Shown here piece after piece: positions 10,401 through 21,605 of a DNA stretch of 64,000 nucleotides (its first letter is position 1; each line of letters starts with the position of its first letter). The translations under genes and the position numbers were made by a program. Source of the stretch: Dendrobates tinctorius (taxonomy: Eukaryota); contig NW_027361869.1 of the NCBI RefSeq assembly GCF_039654945.1, positions 1,240,001-1,304,000 on the forward strand. Direction: 5' to 3'. The notes beneath the pieces were generated by a model. That model was not told where the DNA came from, ran no database searches, and was given only the letters and a program-made list of their open reading frames with translations.

Positions 10401-13108
10401 GGGGTAGATCAGAACCTATATTCCAAGCTACATTTGAGTGTCCTGCAAGGTCTCATGATCCTCCAGACTCACCTGACAGAGAAAAGCCTGTATGGGCGTT
10501 TAGCACTGATCATATTTGAGCAGCTCGTGCCTCTGGTGGAGGAACTGGGACAACTTTGCGAAGAGCTTAACCCGTTGAATGCCGAGCAAGAGATGGAATT
10601 GGCATTGGATCGGCTGGCGCAAGCGTTACAAGTCTCGATGGCTACCGGAGCGTTACTTTGTACTCGGGGTAAATTTTATAATAGATAAATCCAGGACTAA
10701 TGGGTTACGTGGAAGAGGGTCACATTGTAATCAGCGGTGCCACTTCTTGAGTTGATGCTTACGGTGCAGGAGAACTGCAGCGCAGCTTCAGTCACATGAA
10801 TTTTCCCTGTACAGCACAATGAACGGGCTCCAGCACTGAAATGTCGTCATCTTCAGGTTTGCTGAAGGTCTTAGAGATTGGATCTGCACTAGAGTTGGGC
10901 AAAAAGTGACACAGGATCCTGGTCCAGCAGATACTTTTGTAGTCAGTGGCCAACCGGACCAGAGAACTGTGAACCACTTCCTACCTGCAGTTTCCTGGTC
11001 GCCTTTTCTGAATAGTAGGACCTACCAATCAGGGCACGAGCCAGGGATGCCACAGGTTGTAGGAGGTTCACAGTGCCTTAATCTGATGGACAGTGACTAA
11101 CGACGTGGCAGCTAGATCAGGAACCTGCAAATCGTTTTCGCTCAACTCGACTTCCCATTGATCACATATCCTAGGGATATGCTGTCACTTTATGAGATGG
11201 CAAAACAGAGAAGCTTCAGTGACCCAGTGCACATCCTACAGGCTTAAATGTATGACCGCAAACTTTAACAGTTTATTACTTTTGTTTCCCTTGCAGATGA
11301 CCTGAGAACCCTCTGCGCACGACTCCCCCATAACAAGTGAGTCCCCACTGTGTCCTTTTACAACTGTGGACTGATGTTTTAGACTAATAGAAAAATTAAC
11401 TCCTGTCACCTAACTTCATCATTAAAATAGTTTGTTTAGTCCACTCTTGGTGTGTATATACATAATGTACACTGCTCAAAAAAACGAAAGAGAACGCTAA
11501 AATCTCACATCCTAGATATCGCTGAATAAAATATTCCAGTTGCAAATCTTTATTCATTATAAGGTGGAATGCGTTGAGACCAATAAAACATAACAATGAT
11601 CAATGTAAATCACAATATCCCATGGAGGTCTGAATTTGGAATAATACTCAAAATCAAAGTGGAAAATCAAATTACAGGCTGATCCAACTTCAGTGGAAAT
11701 GCTTCAAGACAAGGAAATTATGCTTAGTAGTGTGTGTAGTCTCCACGTGCCTGTATGGGCTCCGTACAAAGCCCGGGCATGGTCCTGAGGAGGCGGTAAA
11801 TGTTCTCCTGAGGGATCTCCTCCCAGATCTGGATCAAAGCATCAGTCAACTCCAGGACAGTCTGTGCTACAGCATGGCGTTGGTGGATGGAAGGAGACAT
11901 GACATCTTGGATGTGCTCGATTTGATTCAGACTTTCTTGCCACAGATCGCATTGATGTGCCATCCTGGATGAGCTGCACTACCTGAGCAACTTCTGTGGG
12001 TTGTAGACACCGCCTCATGCTACTGTACCTCTAAGGGCAATGATAACATGCAAAAGTGGCCAAAACAGCCAAAAAGGATGAGAACAAAGAAATGGTCTGT
12101 GGTCAGCCCCTGCAGAACCTATCATTTCTGCCTGTTGTCTGTACCATTTGCACAACAGCAGAAGAAACTGATTCACTATCAGTGTTTCTTCATAACTGGA
12201 CAGGTGGATTTCACAGAAGTGTGGCTGACTTGGAGTTACATTGTGTTGTTTAAGTGTTCCCTTGATTTTTTTTTTGAGCAGTATATACATATATATTAGG
12301 GGTTCCAGCTATCGGAAGTCCTACTCTGGGTGGGAAATAGACAGGAGCGGGCCACATACTTGTGTAAGTATGTATATTCTGTGTTGTTAAGTGTCCACAA
12401 TTTATTTTTTTACTTAAATGCTAGCATTCCAATCTAAAAAAAAACTTTGAATAATAATAATTTTTGCAATTGGGTTTCATTAAACATTTTGCGCTGTTTG
12501 CATTCTATAACCTCTTTGTTGCACTGTCTATTGCTGGCTGCAGAATGAGTTAACTGGGTATTCGTTAGTGAGCTCACTATGACGGTCTGACAGGTAGTTT
12601 GTTATACTTTTATCTGCCTTTTTTTTTCTGAGCTCTTCTTAGACCACATTAAAGCAGGAAACAAACAAAAGCAAAACAGTGCAAAATTTTAAATGTAACC
12701 GAATCGCAGAAAAAAATTCTCAAAATGTAGCCAACTCTTATTTAACCCCATTTTCTTTCTGCATATTCTTTTTTCTCTTACAGCTTAATGCAGTTGGTGG
12801 TGTCCGGTCCTGTGCAGCCGCCCGCTCATCCGACTCTGACCCCCGCGTTCTATCCTCACATCCATACGCCACCTCTGGGTTACCCCACACTCCCTGTTCA
12901 TGCAGCATTACCAGCACATACAGCATTGCCTGCTCATGCTGCTCTTCCGGCACACACAGCCCTACCTGCGCATACTGCTTTACCCACTCATGCAGCGCTA
13001 CCTACACATCCTGCAATGCCCGCCCATGCAGCGCTGCCAACACTCCCAGGACATCCTGTGCAGACGTTCATGCCTGGCATGACCTTTCCTTTTCGACCTA
13101 TGCGTTGA
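7442..13108 (+). CDS. ints15: Integrator complex subunit 15 (C7orf26 homolog); coding exons 7442-7630, 9599-9820, 9942-10107, 10183-10668, 11297-11336, 12784-13108; 475 aa
   Basis: The N-terminus [33 protein letters not shown] and C-terminus TFPFRPMR match vertebrate C7orf26 as recalled. All introns are GT-AG, phases are compatible, and the total is 1428 nt. AATAAA at 13293 and 13649. Confidence 0.95.
11470..12283 (-). mobile_element. Internally deleted Tc1-like transposon in the last ints15 intron
   Basis: TA|CACTGCTCAAAAAAA ... TTTTTTGAGCAGTA|TA termini. The minus-strand remnant [17 protein letters not shown]...ARGDYTHY resembles a Tc1 transposase C-terminus. Confidence 0.85.
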
Positions 13109-15699
13109 TTACCTCGATAATATTGCCAGAGATGGACTCATAGCCACAGAGGATGGACGTACACGGAAAGTCTTCAGGGACGTTTCGACTTTTGATATTG
13201 CAGGACAACAGGATGGCATCACATATAGGCTACAGTGGGCCGGGGACGGACAAGTTTCCACCATTGGATCACAGTCTCCCTCTCTGGACTGTAATAAAAG
13301 TCAATATCATTCACATTTTGGATGTAGGTGGGGAAAAAAAAGACAATTCTCTTAAAGGGGTTATCCCCCATCTGTGAGCTAGGAGAAAGTTACTGATTGC
13401 TCTGGATCTGATCTGACCACCTCCTCTCTATTCATTGTCTATAGCAATGCTGGAGAGAGTGGAGCGCAGCCTCCCATAGTGAGCCCAGGGTTCCGGAGTT
13501 CTAAGTAAGTTATCCTCTACCCTATAGATTTTTGGTAATTTTACCTTTTGTGGTCATGTTGGAGCTGGATTGAGAAAGAGCACAGTGGCCATTGGGTTGG
13601 AATTTTTTTTTTTTATTATGTATATATAAAATATATATATAGTAAAGAAATAAAATGCTAATTCTCAGACCCCGCTGAGCAGATCGTCCGCGCTGCAGCA
13701 TAAGGCTGGTTCTGCATCTGTGTAATAAGACTTGCCTTTGAACGTGTCTTGCGCTCCCTAGATTAGGGGTCTTTTATGGGTGTCAAAGGGGCGGTCTAAC
13801 CTTAGACATTTATTATAGATGCATGTCTCATCTCCAGAAGAAAGGACCCACGACCCCCGTCCTGCCTGACCAGGTGGACAATGACTGCGCATGTGTAAAG
13901 CTGTCGTCATTCACTTTTACAGGAGTTAGTATGAAAGCAGACAAGTGCGTCCACACACACGGCCCCTTGCCCTTCATTCTCTGCCTAGGTGCACAGGATT
14001 TGGGGGGGGGATTCACATACAGAACTTTCCCGGAGTTCTTGTATCTTGATATCGGTTGCTCCCTAATCTGAAATGTTAGCTCCTTGTTGCATCGCACGTG
14101 CGCTCTTCAGCTCCGCTAATAGTAACACTCCCAGCATGCTGTAGTCGTGCCTGGTGGGAGTCGTACTGAAGAGATGCAAGTATAAGACCACTGTGCTATA
14201 TTGAGTGGGCGTCCTCCTGCCTCCCACTTTAGGGTTATGAAATATCTCTGCCTAAAGGGAAAAATTAGCTCTTGGAATCGTTCAGCTGCCTCATCAATCT
14301 ATATAGCAAGTCCCTTTATATGCCACCACTTCATAAGTGATGGGAGTCTGACCTCTGGGACCCCCACCGATCCTGAGAATTAGGAGGCTGTGGGGCGTCT
14401 TCAGTGCTTCCACCATTCACTTACACGGCACGAGGCTACTGTGCAGGTGACACATTGATGGCCCCATCACTCAGAGGTCTGATCTGCTGGAGCAGGAAGG
14501 GATGATGTTCCACTGACAGATGACCAGGTGTATGGGACGGACTGCAGTTACCCCCACTGGTCACTCAGAATAGTAGAAGTGTACTCGGCAGGCGGGAGCG
14601 CCCTTATACAGGAGCAGAACCGTGCACTTCTGACAATTCTCTTCTGCTATCCGTAAGGGAGTCTCTGGACCCGGCCCTCACCGATCTGGAGAACTTTTCA
14701 ACACCTAACACATTGAAAAAAAAAACCATGTTAGTGTTGTCACACTTTAAGAGACTCAACTTGTTTTTTTGGGAGACTAACCATTTATCATCTATCCATA
14801 GGTTAGGGGATAACTTGCTGATTGCTGGGGGTGCGATCGTTAGGGACCCCAGAGATCGGAGCTCTGTTGTCCCATACTGCATACAGCATCATGCATACTC
14901 AGCCTCCATTCATTGTCTATGGGACTGCCAGAAATAATGGAGCACCGTCCCATAGACAATGCATGGTGCAGACACTAAGCACGCGCACCGCCACTACATT
15001 TGGGATGGGGGTAACAGGGCTCTGATCTCTGGGACCCCAGCGATCAGCAAGTCACCCCCTATCCTATGGATTAGCTCAAACTGCCAGCATAAGCGAAGCA
15101 CACAGCCTTGTAGGGGATATCGCTCGTATGAAAATGACACTTTTTGAAATCTAATTCTGCTGGAACTAAGGTGGGATCAGATCTCGCCCCTCTCACTGGT
15201 GATTGACAGCTCTGGAGAGAAAGCCAGTAGGCAGAATAGGGCTGATCTTGGCCACGCCCAGGGGGCACTGGTAACTTCATTAACATATGGAATTTAAACT
15301 TCAGTTTCTGCAGAATGGAGGCAGCAATAAGAATCCAGGAGCCATTGTTTCAGGGGCGCTGTACCCCTACACGGCTGCGCACTTCGCTTGTACCATCAGT
15401 TTGGCCCCACACATTCCCTTTAAGTGATTAAAGGGTCTTTACTCGATGCCAGAGGGGCTGATGGCGTCTTTCACTGGCGGACCCCACAAGCTCCCACGTC
15501 AGGCTGCATCAGGAGAGTCCGGACGTCATTATACGTCGCTGACGGATCCACCAAGCGTTATCGCAGCCTCAGTAATAAATATGGACGGAACAAAAGTGGA
15601 TCTTGCTCTCCTCTCCCACAGGGGCCATTTATTATATTATTTAAACCATTATGCAGTTCACACGGTGCGTTTGCAGTTTCCACAGAGGACACAGACACG

Positions 15700-16030
15700 G
15701 GAGTGAGAACGTGCGACCGTCCGTGTATCAGACACAGTGTGATTGTGCCGCGCCTGCGCGCAGAGAGCTCGGACTCGAGGCCTTTGTTGCTATGGAGATC
15801 GCCGCGCACACGCCCGCACCCTGCGCGCAGCAGGCGGACTGCCGGGAACGCGCGTGCCAGCGAGCCGGAGAGGAAGATCCCGCGCCTTCCTGTTCCTGTG
15901 CTGCTGCTGACAGCAAAACAACCGGAGGGGACAGCAGCAGCAGCGACGTCACCGCACCGGAAGTACCGGGAGGAAGGAGGCATCAGCGCGGAGGACACGC
16001 GGGTAATGCAGGAGTGTGTGTGAGCCGGAG
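15700..16030 (+). promoter_or_regulatory. CpG island: promoter / first non-coding exon of naa60
   Basis: Dense CpG, TGCGCGCA (NRF1-like) and CCGGAAGT (ETS) motifs. Candidate donors at 16003 and 16020, upstream of the naa60 exons. Confidence 0.6.
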
Positions 16031-17256
16031 GCAGGCGGAGGGATACACTGTGAGAGCAGATCCTGGGGCTGCAGGATACACCTGCATGTAGGTCAGGCTC
16101 CAGCACTGCCAGCTCTATAAAGGGGTCCTCCTGCGGTAAAGGGATCTAATTACTCAGCCAACCAAGACCCTTTTAGTTGGTATTTTTGCACCTTTAATTC
16201 CCTGCAGGACCCCTTTAATTGAGTTGTATGTGTGTATATATATATATCCCAACAGATCCCCTTTAAGGCTGGTTCAGTCACGGGCTGGGCCGGCTACAGG
16301 TCTCCTGCCCCACAGGCCTCACCGGCGGGCGGTCCGGACGCGGTATGTGGACCTGGCCTCACATTGAAGACCCCATAACTTTCCGTCACCCCTCGGGGTG
16401 AGACCCGTGCGGCTTATTGGTGATTTTCAGCTACGTTGCAGCTTTAGTGTTGGCTTACGATCCCTTAAACGTTTGGAAAATCCGCTGACTTATTTCATGG
16501 CAGATCTGCTGCAAAATCCGCTGCTGATTTCACCCTTGTTGCAGTGAAAATGGTCAAAAAAACCCTCCTCGGTTTGTGCAGTGTCATTCACTCGCCTGCT
16601 GATGGATTTTATCGCTGCGGATTTTATCAGTGCCGATCCGCTGGTACGGTCTGCGGCAGTTCTGTCCAGTGCGGTCCCTCCTGTCGGACAGATTTCACAT
16701 AGGTTGGATTTTTTTCGTGTGTGCAAAATGTTTGCACCAAATATATCATGGAAATCAGCGATGGAAAATTTGCACCAAATCTTGCGGATTTCCTTTCTGC
16801 AAAAATACCGAGGGGGATGACGTGCGGAGGCTGCAGACTATGGCTACACGTCATCGCTGGGACCGGCTGGGAATTTATATGCTCCATGATTAGCAAACGG
16901 CACCGCCGGACACTTTCTGCTTGGAAATTTTCCGCAGGATTTGGATGAGAGTTGTTAAAAGCTCATCTTCCTTCCCACTACTGTATTTCGCTGCAGAATT
17001 GCAAACTGACCGCTTTGTGTGTATTTACCTGGCAACACTATAGCTGAGATGTGTCTGTATCTCATCAGAGGACCCGTTTAAATGGATAAATTTGCAAAGC
17101 TCTTGTAAACACAAGCAATTTTCTTCTTTAAAAAGAAAAAAAATCCTCTTCATTTCCAAGACAGGAGGATTTTTAGCTTTTATAGCTTTCTGCTCGTTGC
17201 CAAGGGTGCTGTCCACCGCTGCAGTCTTATCAGCAGTGGCTGATCTGCAAGGGAAA

Positions 17257-17932
17257 GAGCACAAGGCTCACAAGCTTGCTGATGTAGAGCTTGTAAGCAC
17301 TGCTCTGAAGCTGCAGTGTTCCTATGCTGCAGAGACAAAGCTATCTCTACTTGTAGCATACTTATGAGGACAGGGCTACAAGCTTGTTGATGAAGAGCTT
17401 GTAAGCGCTGCAATGAGGCTGCGGTGTTTCTATGCTGCAGAGACAAAGCTATCTCTACTTGTAGCATACTAAAGAGGACAGGGCTACAAGCTTGTTGATG
17501 AAGAGCTTGTAAGCGCTGCTATGAGGCTGCAGAGACAAAGCTATCTCTACTTGTAGGGTACTAAAGAGGATGAGCACAGGGCATACAAGCTTGTTGAAGA
17601 GCTTGTAAGCGCTGCTATGAGGCTCCGGTGTTGCTATGCTGCAGAGACAAAGCTCTCTACTTGTAAGATACTAAAGAGGATGAGCACAGGGCATACAAGC
17701 TTGTTCATGTAGAGCTTGTAAGCATTGCTATGAAGTTGCGGTGTTCCTATGCTGCAGAGGCAAAGCTAGCTCTACTTGCAGCATAGGAAAGAGGACAGTG
17801 CTTACAAGCTTGTTGATATAGAGCTTGTAAGCACTGCTCTTAAGCTGGCAGGATACATCGAGATTCAGTGACTCTGCGGTCATTTTAGTCTGCAGAGACA
17901 AAGCTATCTCTACTTGCAAAAAGAAAGAGGAC
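17257..17932. repeat. About 6 diverged tandem copies of a ~100-120-bp unit in the naa60 5' intron
   Basis: Recurring ACAAGCTTGTTGATGAAGAGCTTGTAAGC...GCTGCAGAGACAAAGCTATCTCTACTTG. Confidence 0.9.
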
Positions 17933-18287
17933 AGTTCGGACCCGCGGCATGATCATCAGGAGTTCCCGAAGAGAGATTATGGGAATGTCCCTTTAATTTG
18001 TCTGAGTTTGTAAATACCTGTGTAACCATTTTAATTCAACTTAAAGGGGTATTCTATCTTAGCAAGCTATCCCTTTTGATGCGAAAGTGAACCGCACCAG
18101 AGCAATCCTTTATTATCCCCATAGAGAAGTAATGTTTGTTTTCCTTTCAGGGCTTTTAGACCACCCCAGGTATACGAGATATCATCCTGCCATATAGTCG
18201 AGATCCCTGCCATCTGATGTTAGTAGTGAGAGGGTTTTGCGGTACCAGCGGGAGTAATCTGTATTCTCGTCTCCTTTCTGTCTTCAG

Positions 18288-18371
18288 CTCATGGAGTCTC
18301 TGTAAAGAGTGGAGGAGCTCGGGGCTCGGCCGGGAGACGCTGATCGGAGGCCACGCTGCTCCAGAACCAAG
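18288..18371 (+). other. Candidate 5'-UTR exon of naa60 containing a 4-codon uORF (ATG GAG TCT CTG TAA)
   Basis: Strong polypyrimidine acceptor TCTCCTTTCTGTCTTCAG and donor AAG|GTGAGG. Confidence 0.5.
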
Positions 18372-18830
18372 GTGAGGCTGTTTGGCTTCACGCCGTCCCA
18401 TAATCCGCTGCCTGCATGCCTATACTACGTGTAGGATATGTCCTCTCTCGATCTGCCGGGCGTGTTTGTAAGCTTTGCTGTGCCCAATGCCGCTTACGTG
18501 CCAGGGTACAACAATCACAGCTGGCCACACAGTCTCTGGGCACATACTCCAAGGATTTTGTGTCGGGGTAGACAAAGGCGGCCGATTCTTGGCACTTCAT
18601 ACAGGAGACTGCTGTGACTTGGGTACCTGATACCCGAGACTGCTCTTGGGTTACAATGGTTGGATACAGGATATGGGTAGTATAATCCTTCAGCGCGTCT
18701 CTTCGGAGGAGGCTGCGGGTGGTAGTGTCTGGATGGGTAGAAAAAAAGCTGTTCACGTAAAAGTATATCGCCCCCTATAGGAGAGGTTCCCATGAAATTT
18801 TTTTTTTTCTGCTGTCTTTGCCAGGTGTGA

Positions 18831-20541
18831 ATGAGCGAGGAGGGCTCCCCCGCTGCTCTCGCTGACACGGTCCTGCGCTTCCTGTGCCATGATGACATAG
18901 ACACAGTGAAGGAACTATGTGCCGACTGGTTTCCCATTGAGTAAGTCTATCACCGAGAGGGCGGCCAGTATTGAATATCCTATGTAAGTCACACCTTATT
19001 CCGATCACTCGCAGGTACCCAGATTCCTGGTACCGAGACATCACATCAAACAAGAAATTCTTCTCCCTGGCAGCCACCTGCAATGGGCAAATAGTGGGCA
19101 TGATTGTAGCCGAAATAAAGAGCAGGACCAAAGTGCACAAAGAGGTGGGTAAAAGCGTCGCCATCTTCTTATATCCCCTTCTTGGCATCATCGCCTTGCA
19201 TAATTCTTGATTTTCATGCTTGTAGGATGGGGACATCTTGGCATCCAGCTTCACCAGCGACACACAGGTGGCATACATACTGAGCCTGGGCGTGGTGAAG
19301 GAGTTCAGGAAACAGGGCATTGGTGAGACCCGCGGCAGCAGACTGGCATTGGCATCTGTGCTTACTCACTTGCTAATGGGCTTTTTTTTTTTATTATCAG
19401 GGTCCCTGCTGCTGGAAAGTCTGAAGAGTCACATCTCCAGTACTGCCCAGGACCTGTGCAAGGCACTGTACCTGCACGTGCTGACCACCAACAGCAATGC
19501 CATTCGCTTTTACGAGAACCGACACTTCCATCAGCACCACTATCTACCGTACTACTACTCCATCCGCGGGGTGCTGCAGGATGCCTACACATATGTGCTA
19601 TACCTCAACGGAGGGCACCCACCCTGGACTGTGATATATCCTTCTCAGATTAATGGGGAGTTTCGTGTCACTATTATTTTAGGATAGAAGATCCTTCAGT
19701 TTTTCCTCCCATCTCCATATACATATGCACATTCACTTTGGCTGAGCGTGCATGTGTTCTGAATAGGAAGAGGAATGTAAGCGGTTGCTGGACACCTGTC
19801 ACTGGGTTAACTCCTATAAGAAGAAAGGATCAGGCATGTTTAAATCCAACATGCCCGATTCTCCAAAAACATTTGCTGTCATAGTAGAGTCAGGATGCCC
19901 CCAAACACATTTACTGGTCAGTCATTTCCACCTAAATTAGCAGGTTTGGCCTTTCCTTAGAATATCAGATCGATGGAGTCAAACACCCCGCACTCCACCA
20001 ATTTTTTTTGCACCCGGATGTATGAAGCCGGAATAGCACAGATTCATACGCTGTATAGTGGCTGTTCTCGTGTACTGTAGGTCAGTTCCTGTTCAAGTGA
20101 ATGGGAGCTGAGTTGCAGTACCCCAAAACGTCCACTACACAGTGCACTATGCGTCCGTCCGCCGCTGGAGCTGCAAGCAGCTGATCAGTCGGGGTGTTGG
20201 CTGTCGGACACCCTTTGATCTGATATCCTAAAGAGGCCATTAATGTCAGCACTCGGGACCCGTTAAAAAGCTGTTTAGTTGGCTTTAGGCATTAGATGGT
20301 GGGAGAATTAATGCTAATCTTTTACACCATGTCTAGGTCGGCCATACTTTCTCCACTTCTTTATCTTCTTTAACGTTTCTTCACGGACTATCTGCAGCAC
20401 CTGGGTTCTGCCCTGGCCGGTCTTAGCCCATGCTCGCTGCCCCAGAGGATCTACCGCCAGGCCCACACTCTGCTGCGTAGTTTACTTCCCTGGTCCGGCA
20501 TCTCTGCAAAGAGTGGCATCGAGTACAGTCGCACCATGTGA
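18831..20541 (+). CDS. naa60: N-alpha-acetyltransferase 60 (NatF); coding exons 18831-18940, 19015-19144, 19226-19322, 19401-19635, 20385-20541; 242 aa
   Basis: The spliced product contains DWFPIEYPDSWYRDITSNKKFFSLAA, YILSLGVVKEFRKQGIG (GNAT acetyl-CoA motif), YLHVLTTN and SGIEYSRTM*. Total 729 nt. Confidence 0.96.
19636..20384 (+). other. U12-type (minor spliceosome) AT-AC intron of naa60
   Basis: 5' site ATATCCTT at 19636, branch point TTCTTTAAC at 20366-20374, AC acceptor at 20383-20384. Splicing there restores the frame (PPWTVM-DYLQHLG). Confidence 0.93.
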
Positions 20542-21605
20542 TAACAGGTATGGCACACTGACACTGCAGGAGTGCCGAGGGCACTGTCACTCACATGGCA
20601 GGTCGGTATTATATGCTACCAGAAACTATAGTAGCCATTGCGCAGCTTAAAAAATTTTCAGAGAAATCCCTAGCGCCTTCAGGGTGTGTACATTATAAAG
20701 AAAAACTATTTCTTCAGCCAATTTGCATGTTTCTTATTTTTGTTTCTGTCCCATTTTATTTCCTTTTTTTTTCACTTCCACTTTTTCTCTTTTGTCATGT
20801 TGTTCCAAGCATCAGTTAATCCTATTAGACATAACACCAAACACAACGATTCTCCTGTGTGGTGTATAATCCGGAAGTTCTTATGGCCACAGGGGGCGCC
20901 GTCCCATCAGATGTAACCATACAATTAAAAGTGGTTTTCCTATTTATAGAGCTAACTGGGGGACACCCTTCCTTGATTGATGGGAGACATGGGTGCATGT
21001 TTCTGCAGCTTTTTCCCTTCTAATCTATGGGCTTAATGCAAACTGCTGAATTAATGGTTATCACTGATCCTGATAACGGGGGTCCCCATGTGAATGCACA
21101 TGACATGCAATGGAGCATTGGTCAGTGGAGTTGAGCAAGAAGAATTGCAGGACAGTGGTCCATTGGCCACATCGCTAGCCCCCCCGATATTCCTCCTAAC
21201 GACGATGCGCCAGAGTGTACTAATCAGAAAAAAATGGCAGCAGATAGGGTTCACAGGGCTCCGTTCCGGCAAATCTTTTTGCTCAACTCTATTACTGCTC
21301 CGTTTATACAGGAGACCCCAGACCCTTGTTCTCGGGATTCAAGTGGTTCACCCGCGGGGGACTCTCATCAATCACTAGAACAGAGGTCTCAGTCACTTGT
21401 GTGAATGAGCATGTGCGCCCATTGCTCCATTCACCGTATAGGAGTGGTGGTCGCACATGCTCGCTCACACACATGACTTTAGGAACCCTGTTGGGGGGGG
21501 AATACGGCAGCTGGGGCTCCCAACGATCATACACTGTTGCTGGTGGGACAACCTGTCATTGATGACACTACCCTAACACTTAATAATTTTTCCACTTTCC
21601 TGCAG

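Noticed and set aside
15424-16106. Overlapping 146-199 aa ORFs on both strands
   Set aside because: A GC-rich CpG island at the naa60 promoter is naturally poor in stops; no recognisable domain.
18388-19592. Minus-strand ORFs of 76-181 aa
   Set aside because: Antisense shadows of naa60 exons and short introns.
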